Part shown: positions 17,246-34,400 of the stretch, piece by piece | How positions within the stretch are numbered: position 1 is the stretch's first letter | How the letters are laid out: each line of letters starts with the position of its first letter | Assembly: GCF_009914755.1 (NCBI RefSeq) | Contig: NC_060938.1 | Direction: 5' to 3' (one strand) | From: the human T2T-CHM13v2.0 reference genome, Homo sapiens | DNA: 64,000 nt | Notes under the pieces: generated by a model | Told to the model about the DNA's origin: nothing | Database searches by the model: none | Seen by the model: the letters and a program-made list of their open reading frames with translations, nothing else | Position numbers and translations under genes: made by a program

Positions 17246-18787
17246 ACTAGGAGAAATTTCTAGCAGTAGAATTGCTAGGTTGAAGGGAGCATGCCTTTTA
17301 TTTTATTTTTAATTTAATTATATTTATGACTTACTTTTATTTTTAAGCATCTTAAGCACTGACTGGGTTCAGAAGCCAAATGTAGACACAAATGTATGTA
17401 ACAGAAGTCTCACCTCTATCCCTGTCCCCTCCCATTCCGACCTCCTAAAAGTCACCACTTTTTCTTTCTCAATTTTCCTTCTGGTGTTTCTTTTTGCAAA
17501 TACTAGAAAAGATTCAGATGTTAAAAGATGTCAAATATCTCCCCCTCCCTTCCTTGCACAAAATGAAGAAGGCTGTATCACCAATTCAGCGCCTTGGAGT
17601 ATACCTTTGGATTATCAAAGCTATTTTCAGGGCTTTTTGAAAATGTTCAGGGAGGAAGAGAGTGATCAGGGGCTGAGTCCAGAACTCGAAGCAGCCTATC
17701 AGAGGTTTGGGAACAGGCCTCCCGGGTACATCCTCCCATGGCAGCACAAAACTTTCCAAGTCCAGTCTCCCTCCCACCACCCAAGGGCAGGGCCTGACTC
17801 CTACAAGATAGGCAAAGGCAGCTAACCCTGAACCTGAGTCCAAAGATCTTAGAGGGTCTAACCAAGTACTGTGGGCACATTTTCTTGTCTCCTGGGAGTC
17901 AAAGCCTGTGGCATTTGTCCATTCTCTCTCTCCTTTTAGCTGCAAAGTTTTGTCGGGCAGCTTCTTTGCTGTGCCCAGTCGTGGGGGTGGGGAAGGAACA
18001 GCTCAGTGTCTGTGCACCCTGGGAACTCAGAGCTGGGATGGGCCATCCAGGGGCACCTGGGCATGTGCCTCATCAAAGGTGCCCTCACCACCCTGCTTGA
18101 CAGCTCAGCCCTCAAGGCTCCCCTTCCACAAAGCCTCCCCAGACTCTTGTTTGGCCCACCTTCCCCAGTGCGTGCTCTCAGGGCCCTGCATTTGCTGTAG
18201 CTCTTCTTATATTGCAACTTTGTGCTGACTTGTGCCCCTTGGTGTGTGTCTTCCCCTTCACTGTAAACCGTTGAAGGCAGGGAGCAGTTCTGGACTGAGC
18301 ACACCATTCTGTCCCCGGTGCCTAGCACAGGCCTGGCACTTAGTAGGTGCTCTGTAAGTTTTTGCTGAATGTCTCAAAGGGCAGAAAAGCATTCTAGTAA
18401 CATCCTAATGATTGTACCTGCAGGATTCACTGCACAGGGGACTTTTCCCCTGCGTTTCCAGAAGCCTAGTCCTTACCTCATCCTCTCTCTCCACCACCTT
18501 CCAATTCAGTTGTCTGCTAATTTCACCCCTGCCCTCCTCCTCCATCTCCCCTCCAGTCTGTCTGCTTTTAGACCCCCTCCCTAGAGCTGTCCAACACTCC
18601 CCCCAACACACTCTCCGGTGCTGGCTGATTGGTATCTGTTAATTAATGTTGCCCAAGGCCTCTCTCCTACTCAAAGACCTGATAAGGGAAATTGGATGTC
18701 CATTTCTATCTATCTTTTATTACCTCCCAGCTCCCCCGGCCACCACAGGCAGCCACACACCCTCTCCCATGCAGGGAATCTGGACAA

Positions 18788-18788
<1 letters not shown>

Positions 18789-18835
<47 letters not shown>
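18789..18835. repeat. (CA)n, about 23 units
   Basis: Seen directly. Confidence 0.97.
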
Positions 18836-18838
<3 letters not shown>

Positions 18839-20586
18839 GATCCCCTGTCACAGCCTCTCCCCTGAGAAGGTGCATCAATCAAAGCTCCCCCGTGTCAGTC
18901 GGTGTAATCACTCCTGCTCTTTTGTTGATCACCCATGGATTCCATTAGCCAGTGGTGACCTGAGGCCCAAGTTGTATAGATCAGTCTTGGGAACTGTGAT
19001 AATTCACTTGGAGAATGCTCACAGGGTAAGGGTGGTCTGCCTGGTCAGGGACCTTCAGCTCCAGGAGTGACCCCTAAGGTTCAACTGCCATGCCCTGTGT
19101 GGAAGCCAGGGAAGAAGTGGCATTTGGAGACAGGACAGCAGATGGATGGGGGAGACCACACAAGCCAAAGAGCTGGGTGGTCCAGAAGCTCAGGACCACC
19201 CAGGCCTCCAGGCAAGTCCAGAGAGGAGAAGTGAGTGATGCCAATGGTGTGCCAACAACAACAACAATATTTAGTAACAACAGCCACAGCCATGACCAGC
19301 ACCCTAGCATGTTGAGTGCTGATGGCGCCGGGAGAGGTGCCCAGCACTTTACATGCATCTTCTCTTTTCGCCCCCACAGCACCCCACATCAGAAAGTGGC
19401 TTCCAGCCAAGGATGGGGTCTAAGTCAGCAAATGAAGTAGAAAGTCCTTCCTAGGCAAAATTACCCCTGAAAAAAATCCCTTCATGTCAGTTACCCATAG
19501 TGCATGGTGCAAACAACTTTGTGGATGCCCTTCCTTCTTTGAATAAATCCAGCATGTCCGTGTTAGAACCAATCACTGAGTTTCTGTTTGAATCTCCAGT
19601 GAAGTTACTGCCTTGTGTTTGGTGGTTAAGATGCTTGAAAATCAGCTGACTTATTTATTTACTTACTCTCTCTTACTCTCCTATAAATCAAGATGTTAAT
19701 TGACTTTGCCTAATTTAAATGCATGTATAATGCAATTCCAGTACATTATCATTGTTCTGCAGTGAGAACTTTCATCTCATCATTAGTAATAATAGCTCAG
19801 TAAATACTTTGTATATTCTGGAATCATCGTCTCATTTAGACCTCACAGCAACTCTCTGAAGTAGACCCTACTATTATACTATTTCCTAGATGAGGAAGCT
19901 AAGGTTTGGAGAAGTTGCATGGTTTTCACAAGTTCAGCCTACAGCTAGTAAGCGGGAGTCAGGGTTCAACCCAGGCAATCCCCACAGTTCACTGGGCAAG
20001 ACAGTGTCACAGTTCTGGAGCCTTCTCCATGCCCAACTTTATTTTCACTGTGGAATCAGCCTCCTCAATAGCAGGGAGGGGGGAACTAGCATGATTCCAA
20101 GCTCCCGGAACAGGCCTGCTGGGTCATCGTTAAGCAGAGAGTGATGGCCCGGGAAGAGGGGCTCCGACCCTGGGAGAGCAGGCTGTCCTGTGAGAAAGTG
20201 CCCCTGACCCCGGGGGCTCTTGATCTCTTAGCAGCCCCAGGCTATGGTCACTGGGGCCTTCCCCTGTGGCTTTGAACAGCTGCGTCCTCGTTCTTGGTCA
20301 GGCCCGTGGGTCTCTGCACAGCTGAGACTGCATCAAGGATCAGGTGTCATTCTCAAATACCAAAGCCTCCCCTGGTTTGAGCAGAGAGTGGGCCCTGGAA
20401 ACTCCCCAGAGTGGCCGAGAGCACGTACTGCTGCCTCCTGGTTCCAGTATGTACTCAGTCACTCCTTTAACTACAAATGCATTGAATTAAACAAAAAGCC
20501 TCTACAGACGTTTGGAAAATACCATAGAGCTAACAATCATAATGATAACAACAACTGTCAACATTGACTGAGCTCTCATTTTGTAA

Positions 20587-21105
<519 letters not shown>

Positions 21106-21512
21106 TAGGGCTCTGCATGGGCCTAATGAGCCCATCCCTGGGGCCTGTGGGCAGGGCTGGCTGCCATGGATAGAGATGAAAGGAAAACACTGAAACTTTT
21201 TATTACTGAAGATTGTCCAAGGGGTGGCCTGCAGATAAAAAGCTGGTGATGAAGGCTGACACTGGCTGAGCATTTCCTAAGCCTCAGACATCCAGACTGG
21301 CACACTGGCTAAGGACATGGGTTCTGAGGCCACATTGCTAAGGAGCAAATCCCACGTCTACCAACTGGGCAAGTTGCTTCACTCTGTGCCTCAGTTTCTT
21401 CATCAGTAAAAGGAGGGCAGCCAAACAGTCCCTACTCTACAAGGCTATTGACAGGATTTCTTTATACATAATTATATTGCTTGCAACATGCTTGGCACAT
21501 AAAAAGCACTCA

Positions 21513-21829
<317 letters not shown>

Positions 21830-22397
21830 TAAATTAGCTAGGAGTTTATTGAATTCTTACAAACAACCCAAGAGTAAAATTCTTATTGTTGCAACCCCAT
21901 TTTACAGATGTGGAAACTGAGACCTGAAAAAGTAAAGAAAATCACCCAGGGTCACACAGTTAAAAAGTGTCAGAGTTAAGAGTCAAACCAAGGTCCTCTG
22001 ATTCCAAAATCAACCTGAACCTATACCCACTCCTTGAATCTTTCAGTCAAATTTCTTGAACACAGGAGGATAAAACCTTCCCAACTGAGTGGTTTAAGCT
22101 GGAGTTACAAAGGAGGACTCACTCCATTTCATTAGCATCCACCAACTTCTGGCTAGATTATCTGAGGAGAGAGGCAGGCGTTGGGTAATGCCAGTAAGTG
22201 AACTTGAATGTAACCAACATCCACACTTAGAGAGCTTCCACACTATTCAGGGAATGGTGCTGGGTGCCAGGGGGCTGCAGGAGAAGGATAAATACAGGGT
22301 ACCCTCCCTAAAGAGAACACATGCCAGGAATCACACACATAATTCTGTTGCAGAGCAGTGTGTGGCAGAGTTAACTGCCCAGGTCTGGGTCAGATAG

Positions 22398-22821
<424 letters not shown>

Positions 22822-22988
22822 TGAGTATTAAAGATTGACTGACAATAAAGCACTCAGCCTGGTGCCTGGCCTAGAGGAAATGTTCAATAAATATTAATTA
22901 TTATCATTACTATTAATGATAGAGGATACAAAGTGTTATTAGCATATGGAAAAGGGAGAACTGGCTCCCAGATGCAGACAGTACACAC

Positions 22989-23092
22989 AGGGTAACCAAC
23001 TGGTTTGCTCAATACTGTCCTGCTTTTACTGAAAGTCCCATATCCCAGGAAACTCGTCAGTCCCTGGCAAACTGGGACAGTTGGTTGCCCTA
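22989..23092. mobile_element. MER81-like hAT-Blackjack MITE
   Basis: Inverted ends agggtaaccaac...gttggttgccct with internal ctgaaagtccc..cccaggaaac. Confidence 0.75.
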
Positions 23093-23109
23093 GCACATGG
23101 CTTCATGGT

Positions 23110-23475
23110 GCATGCAGGGGGTGCTGTTGATGACCCACTTGGATCCCTTTTACTGGGTTAGTGCATCCATCCCCTAGCTGCTAACAGTTCAGAGGTACCC
23201 CTTTGCAGGGCCTACCCTCCTCTGCCTTGCCCAGAGGGTTATGTGGCCCTTTCCTTGGCACCACCAGGCAATGGTGGACCCACATGGGTACAAAAGTTCG
23301 GATCAGAGCCCTGCATGGGATCAGGCTGAAGCCGAGGTCCCATCTTTGCCTTGCTTTCTCCTTCCCTGTGCTTCCTGCCTCCCCACTTCCTTTCTCCTGA
23401 ACACATGCCCCCCGTAAATGTCTGTACCTAAACCCTTGCCTCAGGCTCTGCTCCCAGGGAACCTGATCTAACACA
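23110..23475 (+). mobile_element. ERVL LTR16-like remnant
   Basis: aacccttgcctcaggctctgctcccagggaacctgatctaacaca 3' terminus. Confidence 0.5.
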
Positions 23476-23661
23476 GAAAAGGATGCCACTTTTTTAGTTC
23501 AAATCTTTTATTAACAATAAATGAATGCAAAATAATATTAAAAATTTTACATACGTCCACAGAGAATATTTACACATTGAATTCCAAAATTGTAGTGCAT
23601 TCTTTGTTAGAGAATCCTAATGCTGTTTTTTTAAAGTATAGTTTTAGATTTACAGAATAAC

Positions 23662-24283
<622 letters not shown>

Positions 24284-24372
24284 TAGTGTCTCCTCCACTC
24301 TTACTTGGTCCTCAGTACCGGACCACACCACACCAGCTTTCAGCTGCTCTTCCCTTGATCTCACATGGACCC

Positions 24373-24521
24373 GCACACATACACACATGCACATGTATAC
24401 ATACAAACACATGCACATACATACACACCCACACATACACACACATGTGAACACACATATGTGCATGCACATACCCACATATGCAGCCACATCCATGTGT
24501 ATATAGACATACACACACACC
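24373..24521. repeat. Degenerate (CA/TA)n purine-pyrimidine tract
   Basis: Seen directly. Confidence 0.9.
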
Positions 24522-24682
24522 CCCACCTGAGGACCCGTGGAGGTTTGTCAATATGAATCCATATCGAACTTCTGTTGGCATCAACAGAACTTCTGTTGAC
24601 ATCAGACTTTGCCTGAGTGCACTTTGTCTCATGGTATGAGGTTTCAGGTCTCCGGACTTCTTGCCCCAGCAACATGTAGAGA

Positions 24683-24755
24683 GCCATCCTGCAGTTGGTG
24701 CACAGGATAAGAAGCTGGAGGTGGAGGAGGAGTTTGTGATGTTCAGGGCCTTGGC
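24683..24755 (+). pseudogene. Decayed intronic duplicate of part of ESRRB exon 20801-21070
   Basis: Aligns by eye to 20980-21056 with 63/73 identities, one 1-nt and one 3-nt deletion. Confidence 0.85.
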
Positions 24756-24930
24756 TGACCCCCAAGAGGGAACACACGTTGCTTATTCCAGAGAGCCGCA
24801 GTCCTTGATGAGGGGAATGCTTCCTTCCCAGCACGGAGGGGTTGAGCATGAGGCCCTCTTGCTATCAAGTAGATGCTCAGAAAGCAGGCTGGCTAGTCTT
24901 TTTTTTTTTTTTTTTTTTAAGTAATGGTTT

Positions 24931-24988
24931 TCCAGCCTAGGCAACAGAGTGAGACCCTTTCTCAGAAATAAATAAATAAATAAAATAA
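24931..24988 (+). mobile_element. Severely 5'-truncated Alu
   Basis: tccagcctaggcaacagagtgagacc plus (AAAT)n tail between TSDs aagtaatggttt and aagtaatgattt. Confidence 0.85.
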
Positions 24989-27463
24989 AGTAATGATTTA
25001 AAGGAGTGCTTGCCAAAGTACCTGTGATGAAGGACCCATTTTTAAATGTTTCAAAATGTTCAATCCATTACGGACAGATCGTTTTGTAAAATACAACAAA
25101 AATAAATTATTAAAAAAATGAAATTAAAAACCAGATGTACAAAACATGAGCCAAATTTTTAAATTTTTATATATAACAGACATAAATATAAATCATCCTT
25201 CCAAAGTGCTATAAAGTTTCTAAATGCTTACTCTCAGTTTCTTATCACAGACCAGTAACCTCCAGAGGGCAGGCAGGAACCAGTCTGTGTACCATGCTTT
25301 GAGCAGGCTGGGTTTAAAGCGTGTACTTCAGGGTCAGTGAGACCTGGGTTCAAATCCTGCCTCTGCCACCTGCTGGCTGAGTGTCTGGCAACCTGACCTT
25401 TGTGAGTCTCAGTTTCCTCATCTGTGAAATAGGGAGAACAGCAGCTCATTGTGAAGAATGTGCAGTGACGCACATAAGGCTGTGGCCACCGTGCTTGGCA
25501 CAGATCCCTCCTAGCTCATTGTGTTTCTGTTGGGCTCTGTGGGGTATAGTGGGTGGCCTGGGGAAGAGGAGCCAGTTGGATGTAGCTCCTGCTTCCAAGG
25601 GAGATAAGACATGAGCCTGGATGTGGCAGAAAGAGCCAGTGATTCCTGACATGAGAGAGGATCATGTAAAGGGCTCAAGGAGGGAAGAGTAAATTGTTTT
25701 CAGCTGGGGAGGTAGACTCTGAGTGGGGTCTTAAAGCAAGAGACGGTTCGGTAGGATGGGAAGAGGGAGTGTAAACTTCTGTAGTGGGGCCATCAGCTCC
25801 AGGCAGGAAATGGGGAAAGAACAGGCCAGTTTCAGGGAGAGGCTAGAAAAGCAGGCTGGGGTCAGACCAGAAGCTCAAGGGCTGTGAAGGGATTGGATTG
25901 TGATGGGGTCAGTACAGGGAGGCAGGAAGGGTTGTGCGGGAGTGACCTGCCTCAGCCTTGAGGGAGAAAGATCACCCAGGCATCATAGAGAAAATGTGTT
26001 GGCTGGAGGAGGGATGGGTGCCAGGAGACCATTGAGGTGTCCTAGCAGCAGCCCTCAGGGCGACCATGGGTGCCACTGCTGAGGCTCAGTGCACGGGATG
26101 ACTCAGGTGTGGGTCCAGTGGCTCAGGGGGCTGACGCTGGGCAGAAGTGCCCAAGCACATCAGAGGCAGACTGTGACCCCACACCATGGCCCCCTGGGAG
26201 CCTGCTGGCTGCCGTTTACCCCACATCCCAGCCATCCCCAAAGCTCCCTGACAGCAGGAAAAATTCATAGCCATTGATTTTGTAATTAACAGTTTATCAA
26301 TGCCATCGATACAGACCGGCTGATGGATTGCAAAGAAATTAATCTTGCAATGTTATTTTATTTCATTTTTGGTCGAAGGCAGCTGCCAATTTTGTCCTCC
26401 TTGGGGAGAGTCGGGGGAGGATGGAGAGGGCGGGGAGAGGGAGCTGGCAGGAGTCAGGAGCCCACATGGCAATGCCCAGCCATGTTAGGTACACACTCTG
26501 TAAGTGGCCGAGAGTGTAGGATTAGGGCCTTGCTTCATCTCCCACCTGATGACGAAGGAGTGCTCACTGCCTTGGTAGCGGGGAGCAGAAAAATGTGGAG
26601 GAGGCTTGGGTGTGGGGCCAGTGAAGACTCAGCCCTGCAAGGACACTCACCCCCAGCCTGAGTCCCCACAGGAATAACACTACCTGACATTGACCAGGTG
26701 CTGATCACGCTCTGGGTAATGTGCTGCTTCAGTCACCCTCACCACCACCCTGTGAGTCCTCACTCCTGTGTTTTACAGCCGGCTTAGACCCAGCTGTAAC
26801 GTGGCCGTCAGCAGGTGCCTCCCTGCCGTGCTGGGATGTGGGTAAATTTTGTTTGAACCCCTAGGTCATGGCCTAAGTTCAAAACCTTTCCCAAGATTTT
26901 AGAGAACTCCCTATAGCTCCCTCCATCACCGTGCCTCATGCCGCCACCTTGACACAGTGCTCAGCCCCTATATCTGTGCCTGTATTCTGTGTCCTATAAC
27001 CAGAATTTTGTCAGGTTAGCGATTGCACTGAAGACTTGGGGAGCTGGTGCCTGGCAGCGGCAGCTGCAGTGGTTGTCATGGTGATAGTAGTGATGGGGCT
27101 AGGGGCGGTGGTAGGGGTGATACCGCTACCAGGGCACTGACTTGTGACAAGTTCTGTTATAAACCCTTGACCTGTTTAACTCCTTTAAGCCCTTGAGGTA
27201 GGCATGGCTATTATCCCATTTTACAAGTGAGGAAAATGAGGCTCAGAGAAGTTAATAACTTGCCCAAAATCACACAGCCTGCAAGTAAGGGACACAGGAT
27301 TCCAAGTCTGGCTCCAGGGTCTCTGCTGCCACCCCCTGGTGACCTCTTGAGAAATGTCCCCTGTAGACGCCAGTCTCTCCCTGGGTTTGAGTCCCAGCTC
27401 TGTCATTAGCTTCTGTGACCTCTCTGGGCCTCAGATTGGCTCTCTGTGAAGAGAGGGTTCTGA

Positions 27464-27814
<351 letters not shown>

Positions 27815-28081
27815 TGGCCCCGCACACGGACCAATGCCCACCTACAGACAGACAAACGGACAGACCGAGGTGGAGACCTCCACAGCCACCAGCCTCCACC
27901 TTCAACCCCTGTATCATGGCTCTGAGCTGTCCCAGAGGCGGGGGTTTCTCACCTCCTGGCTGTGTGCAGACTCCCGGGTGCAGTGGGGTGGGGGACGGGG
28001 ATGGGGGGGCAGGGGTGTGGGGCTCGACTGTAACTGGCTTTTTCTTTGGTATGTCTTTCCTTCTCCATGGACGGTGCGGAG

Positions 28082-28268
28082 GCCTGGGCCAGGGCTGACT
28101 CCCTTCAGGAGTGGAGGCCACTGGAGCAAGTGCCCTCTCCCCTCCACCGAGCCACCAAGAGGCAGCATGTGCATTTCCTAACTCCCTTGCCCCCTCCCCC
28201 ATCTGTGGCCTGGGTGGGCACTGCTCAGGCTGGATACCACCTGGAGGTTTTCCTTCCGCAGAGGGCAG
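28082..28268 (+). CDS. ESRRB: ESRRB alternative cassette exon (commonly exon 10; ERRbeta2 F domain)
   Basis: gcggag|GCC acceptor, GCAG|gtacgc donor; 187 nt; AWARADSLQEWRPLEQVPSPLHRATKRQHVHFLTPLPPPPSVAWVGTAQAGYHLEVFLPQRA matches the recalled ERRbeta2 tail; 432+62+6 = 500 aa. Confidence 0.88.
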
Positions 28269-29058
28269 GTACGCAAGGGACAACAGTATCTTTCTTCCAG
28301 AGGTCCTACCTGCTCTGAGATCCTCTGGGGCCGGTCAAGAGGCCCCATACCTTCCACAGTTTCCACTCAGCTTTCAGCCAGGGGGTACCCACAGGAGAGC
28401 AGCGGCTAGAGCTCAAGTGCTTCCTGGGCACCCCACCCCTCGGGGCCTACCCCCCTGCCTGTCACCCACCGCGCCGGTGTCCACCTGTCCTCCTCCTCTT
28501 CTCCTCCCCCCGGGAGTCCCCCGCTACTTCCTGACCCTACCTCAGAGCTCACTCACCCAGTGGGTTCAGCCAGCCACAGCGACTCCAGGGGCTGTAGACA
28601 GGAACGCGCTGGCACAGAGAAGAGCGGGGACCACACCATCCTCCCAAGAACCCTCTCCCTCTTCCTGCCTTCCCCCTCTCCCTGAAGGGCAGGTCCAGGC
28701 CAAGTGAGCCTGTGAGAAGCTCAGGAGCCTGGCTCCATCCAAGAGCACCCCGGGGGGAGGATCAGGACAGGATGGACAGAGGCCCAGACTCATCTTTGCC
28801 AAGCACAGAAAGGCCGAGCAGCTGAGATAAGTAGGCAGGGGAGCCCCAAAGGGAGGGAACTCAGCGGGGTGGCCTGCCTCATCCTTCCTGGCTTCCCTTC
28901 CCTGCACTCAGCATCATGCCACAGGGCTAGTGTACCAGTGCCACAGGAGGGGTGCCCTCCTACCACACTTGGGCTACCAGAGGTTTGGTGTAGCTCCCCT
29001 GGGCACCGCGAGCACGCCAGCTCTCTGGCAGGACCCCTGCAGTCCCCCTGGCTGTGCC

Positions 29059-29148
29059 AGGTAACCAACCGTCTTGGTTTGTCCAGGACGTTTCTTTATC
29101 CCAGGAAACTCCTCTACCCCAGGCACACGGGGACAGTGGGTCACTCTA
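29059..29148. mobile_element. MER81-like MITE just upstream of the 29219 acceptor
   Basis: aggtaaccaaccgtcttggtttgtccaggac...gggacagtgggtcactcta, similar to 22989-23092. Confidence 0.65.
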
Positions 29149-29167
29149 TTTCTGTGGATGGCCGTGA

Positions 29168-29578
<411 letters not shown>

Positions 29579-30050
29579 TGATGGTGTCCCACACAGAAAA
29601 TGTTAAGGATTTCAAGAGCCCTCCCAGACCAGTGATGTGTCCCTCCGGCTCCCCTTGCCTGTGGGGAATCGGGTCTGAGTCACTTGATGAGTAGGCACTG
29701 GAGCCGTTACCCAGGATGCTGCGGCCCTAGCCCTCCATGCAGCCCATCTTCCCTCATTTGGGTGGAGGCACACATTTGGGGCAAAGGCCCCTTCTTGGCA
29801 TCAAGGAACACCAGCTACAAACCAAGTCTAGCACAGTGTTTAGAGGCTCTGCCCTGAGGTTCTGCTCCGGAGAAACCTTCACAGTAGAGACCTTGGGGTG
29901 TGTGCTTTGGGACTCCCTCAGTCTCTCACTGTGCTGTGTCCTTGCAGCGGGGCCGAGGTAGCACCCTGCTCTGTCACTTCCTGCTCAAGCTGGAGGACCC
30001 AGGCGGCAGGGCATCATGCCCAGCTGGCATCTGCTGTCTGTCTTTTCTAG

Positions 30051-30077
30051 GGAAAGCATCTCTGGCTCACCATGTAA
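30051..30077 (+). CDS. ESRRB: ESRRB last exon, coding part of the delta10 isoform (GKHLWLTM*)
   Basis: ctgtctgtcttttctag|GGA AAG CAT CTC TGG CTC ACC ATG TAA; 432+68+8 = 508 aa, matching the recalled isoform length. Confidence 0.92.
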   Translation, partial: GKHLWLTM

Positions 30078-30570
30078 CATCTGGCTTGGAGCAAGTGGGT
30101 GTTCTGCACACCAGGCAGCTGCACCTCACTGGATCTAGTGTTGCTGCGAGTGACCTCACTTCAGAGCCCCTCTAGCAGAGTGGGGCGGAAGTCCTGATGG
30201 TTGGTGTCCATGAGGTGGAAGCTGCTTTTATACTTAAAACTCAGATCACAACAGGAAATGTGTCAGTAACAATGGAACTCCATCCAATGGGAAAGTTCCT
30301 GGTACTGAAGGGGTCCATTGGACACTCAGAAAAGAAGTTCAGGGGCCAACTTCTTAGCTGGAATCCTGGCCAGATGAGGACCCTCTCCGGGGAAGGGAGA
30401 GGACTGACTTAGTGGAAGGTGGTGAAGTGAGGAGAGTTTAGGGGAACCTTCCCCCAGTGGAACAGATCTCAAGTTTACCCTAAACCTGCCATTTCTGGAA
30501 AATCTGTAAAGAGGAAACAGCCTGTCTCAGCTGTACTCTCATGATACAGGTCATTTGAAATGAACCAAGA

Positions 30571-30576
30571 AATAAA
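30571..30576 (+). terminator. Possible proximal polyadenylation signal AATAAA
   Basis: AATAAA followed about 35 nt later by GT-rich gggttttgtttggt. Confidence 0.4.
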
Positions 30577-31175
30577 ACATGAAAATCCAACCATGGAGAA
30601 GGTGGTATGGCTGGGTTTTGTTTGGTCCCCTTGTCCTTATACGTTCTAAAGTTTCCAGACTGGCTTTGTCACTTTGTGAACTCGTCATGTGTGAAAACCA
30701 ATCTTTGCATATAGGGAACCTCCTCGGGCCACACTTTAAGAACCAAGTAAGAGGCTCTCAAGACTCCAGCAGAGTCGGGAGGCCATGGCAGCGCCTTAGA
30801 GGAGCTGGAACCTGCACCCACCTGTGTCGGTGGGGGGGGCCTCCTTTCCCCATAGACTCTGCCCTCCCTCTGTGCAGATGGAAGTGGCAGGGGAGGGTGA
30901 CCAGCTTGTGACAAGAAGACTGAAGGGTCCAGAGTCCATGCTCACGGAACAGCACCAAAGAAAAGCACTATGTGGAAAGATTGTTTTATTTTCTAATAAT
31001 GATAATATGGCTGGAATGGCTTCTTAAGATGTATATATTTTTTAAAATGGCAGTTCCCCATTGCAGCATCACCTACTTGTATGTCTTTCTGCCTCTGTAT
31101 ATGTTCTCCCAGAAACCCCCATGTAAATCAAATGCCCTAGGATGCTTCCATCCTGGTCCCATGTATCTGGAATCT

Positions 31176-31181
31176 AATAAA
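31176..31181 (+). terminator. Polyadenylation signal AATAAA (probable main ESRRB site)
   Basis: AATAAA with several upstream TGTA motifs (about 31030-31165) and a downstream T/GT-rich tract. Confidence 0.75.
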
Positions 31182-32597
31182 TAAGGAAAGGAACTATTGA
31201 GTTTCTTCACACATTGTCTTTCTGGGCTGACTGTCCCCCAGACAGCACTGCCCTTGGGTTTCAGGCTGAGGCTAGGAGAGGCCGTTGGGAGAGGCAACCC
31301 AGCCTTAGTGTTCCCTGGGAAGTCCCATGGTGTCATTTTAAAACATGTTCACCAGCAAAGCTCAGGAATGCAACTGGAGAAGTATGCTGCAGGTCTGAGA
31401 AGCTCCCTGTTGCTTTTATGCTTTTAATATTAATGGTAAGGCAATCGATTACTTTCATTAATGCCAGAGAAATGAGATATCAGATATATGTGAATGAAAA
31501 CCAATTCATTACCTTAGGATTTTGAATTGCATCTGTGACACACACAACACCGGATAGCACAGCCCACATGTTATTCCAGGACACACTCAGGACCAGTGAG
31601 AAGCAGAGGGGAGGGCCTGAAAGAGATCAAAGAAGACATTTCAAGATGCCTTTTGTTTCAAGTAAAAGTTACCTTAGCTTATACTGGCTTACTGGATTTA
31701 TATGTGAGTCCGGAAGTGGGGTAGGCATCAGGCAGGGTTTGATCCAGGGGTTTACAAAGTCAATAGGGTTATGGTTCAGCTTTTCCGATTCCCCCAGTTC
31801 TTCTGCGTGTTTGTTTCATCCTTATGCTGGCCTCTTTCCTGGTAGCAAGAAGGCTGCCAGTTTTTTGTTTCACACCTTGTGGGAGAGAGAAAATCTCTTT
31901 CTGCAACCATGGAAAATGTCTGAACTTCTTTCTGAACTCCACCGGGTTTTGTATCTATCCCTTAGTGAATCCCCATGACCAGCCTGGGGTAGAATCAGTT
32001 CCACTCAATGGCCTAGCTGCCACACTGTGGGAAAGGAGTAGGTTGGAAGTCTAGAAGTCTAGAAGACAGCCAACCATAATGCCCACAGAACCCACATACG
32101 TGAACAGCTCAGGGTCTGGTCAACTTTCAGTGAGAGGTTTGTGAGTCTCCTGCAGCTCTTGGAAGATAAGAACCACATGGTTATCTTTGCATTTAACACC
32201 TTCATGCATGATATGCATTATGTACTTGTGGGAATGAAAGTACTCAATTTGTAGATTCTTTTTAGGTAATTCACCTTAAAAGAATGCACACACGGCTGCT
32301 ATTTATGTTGCTATCTTAAGAAAAAAGTAATTAGGAAAGAAAGTCAACCATAATATCACGTAATGCAGTCAAAATGAAAATCTTTATTTGATTATCTGTA
32401 TATTAGGATATTCTGTGCTACCTTTTCCATTTATACATGTAATTGTGATCAGACCAACTAATAGCTCATATTTTCAAAGACCTAACCCTCATCCATACCT
32501 CCATCTCCATTCATTCTCTAGTCTCTCTCTTTTTTTTTTTTTTTTTTTTGTTAGCAAAAAAGTGAAGCTTCAAAGAAAGGGGAAAAATTCAACTAAT

Positions 32598-34400
<1,803 letters not shown>

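Larger units (their letters stand above)
30078..31200 (+). other. ESRRB: ESRRB 3' UTR of the terminal exon (end approximate)
   Basis: No recognisable repeat between the last stop and the poly(A) signal. Confidence 0.75.

Noticed and set aside
24661-24924. ORF containing KKLEVEEEFVMFRALA as a functional mutually exclusive exon
   Set aside because: Frameshifted relative to the real exon, partial and without matching splice sites; kept only as a fossil
28111-28707. 198-aa Pro-rich ORF (and antisense 27750-28283)
   Set aside because: GC-rich intron/UTR sequence, non-ATG start, no recognisable domain; overlaps a real exon in another frame
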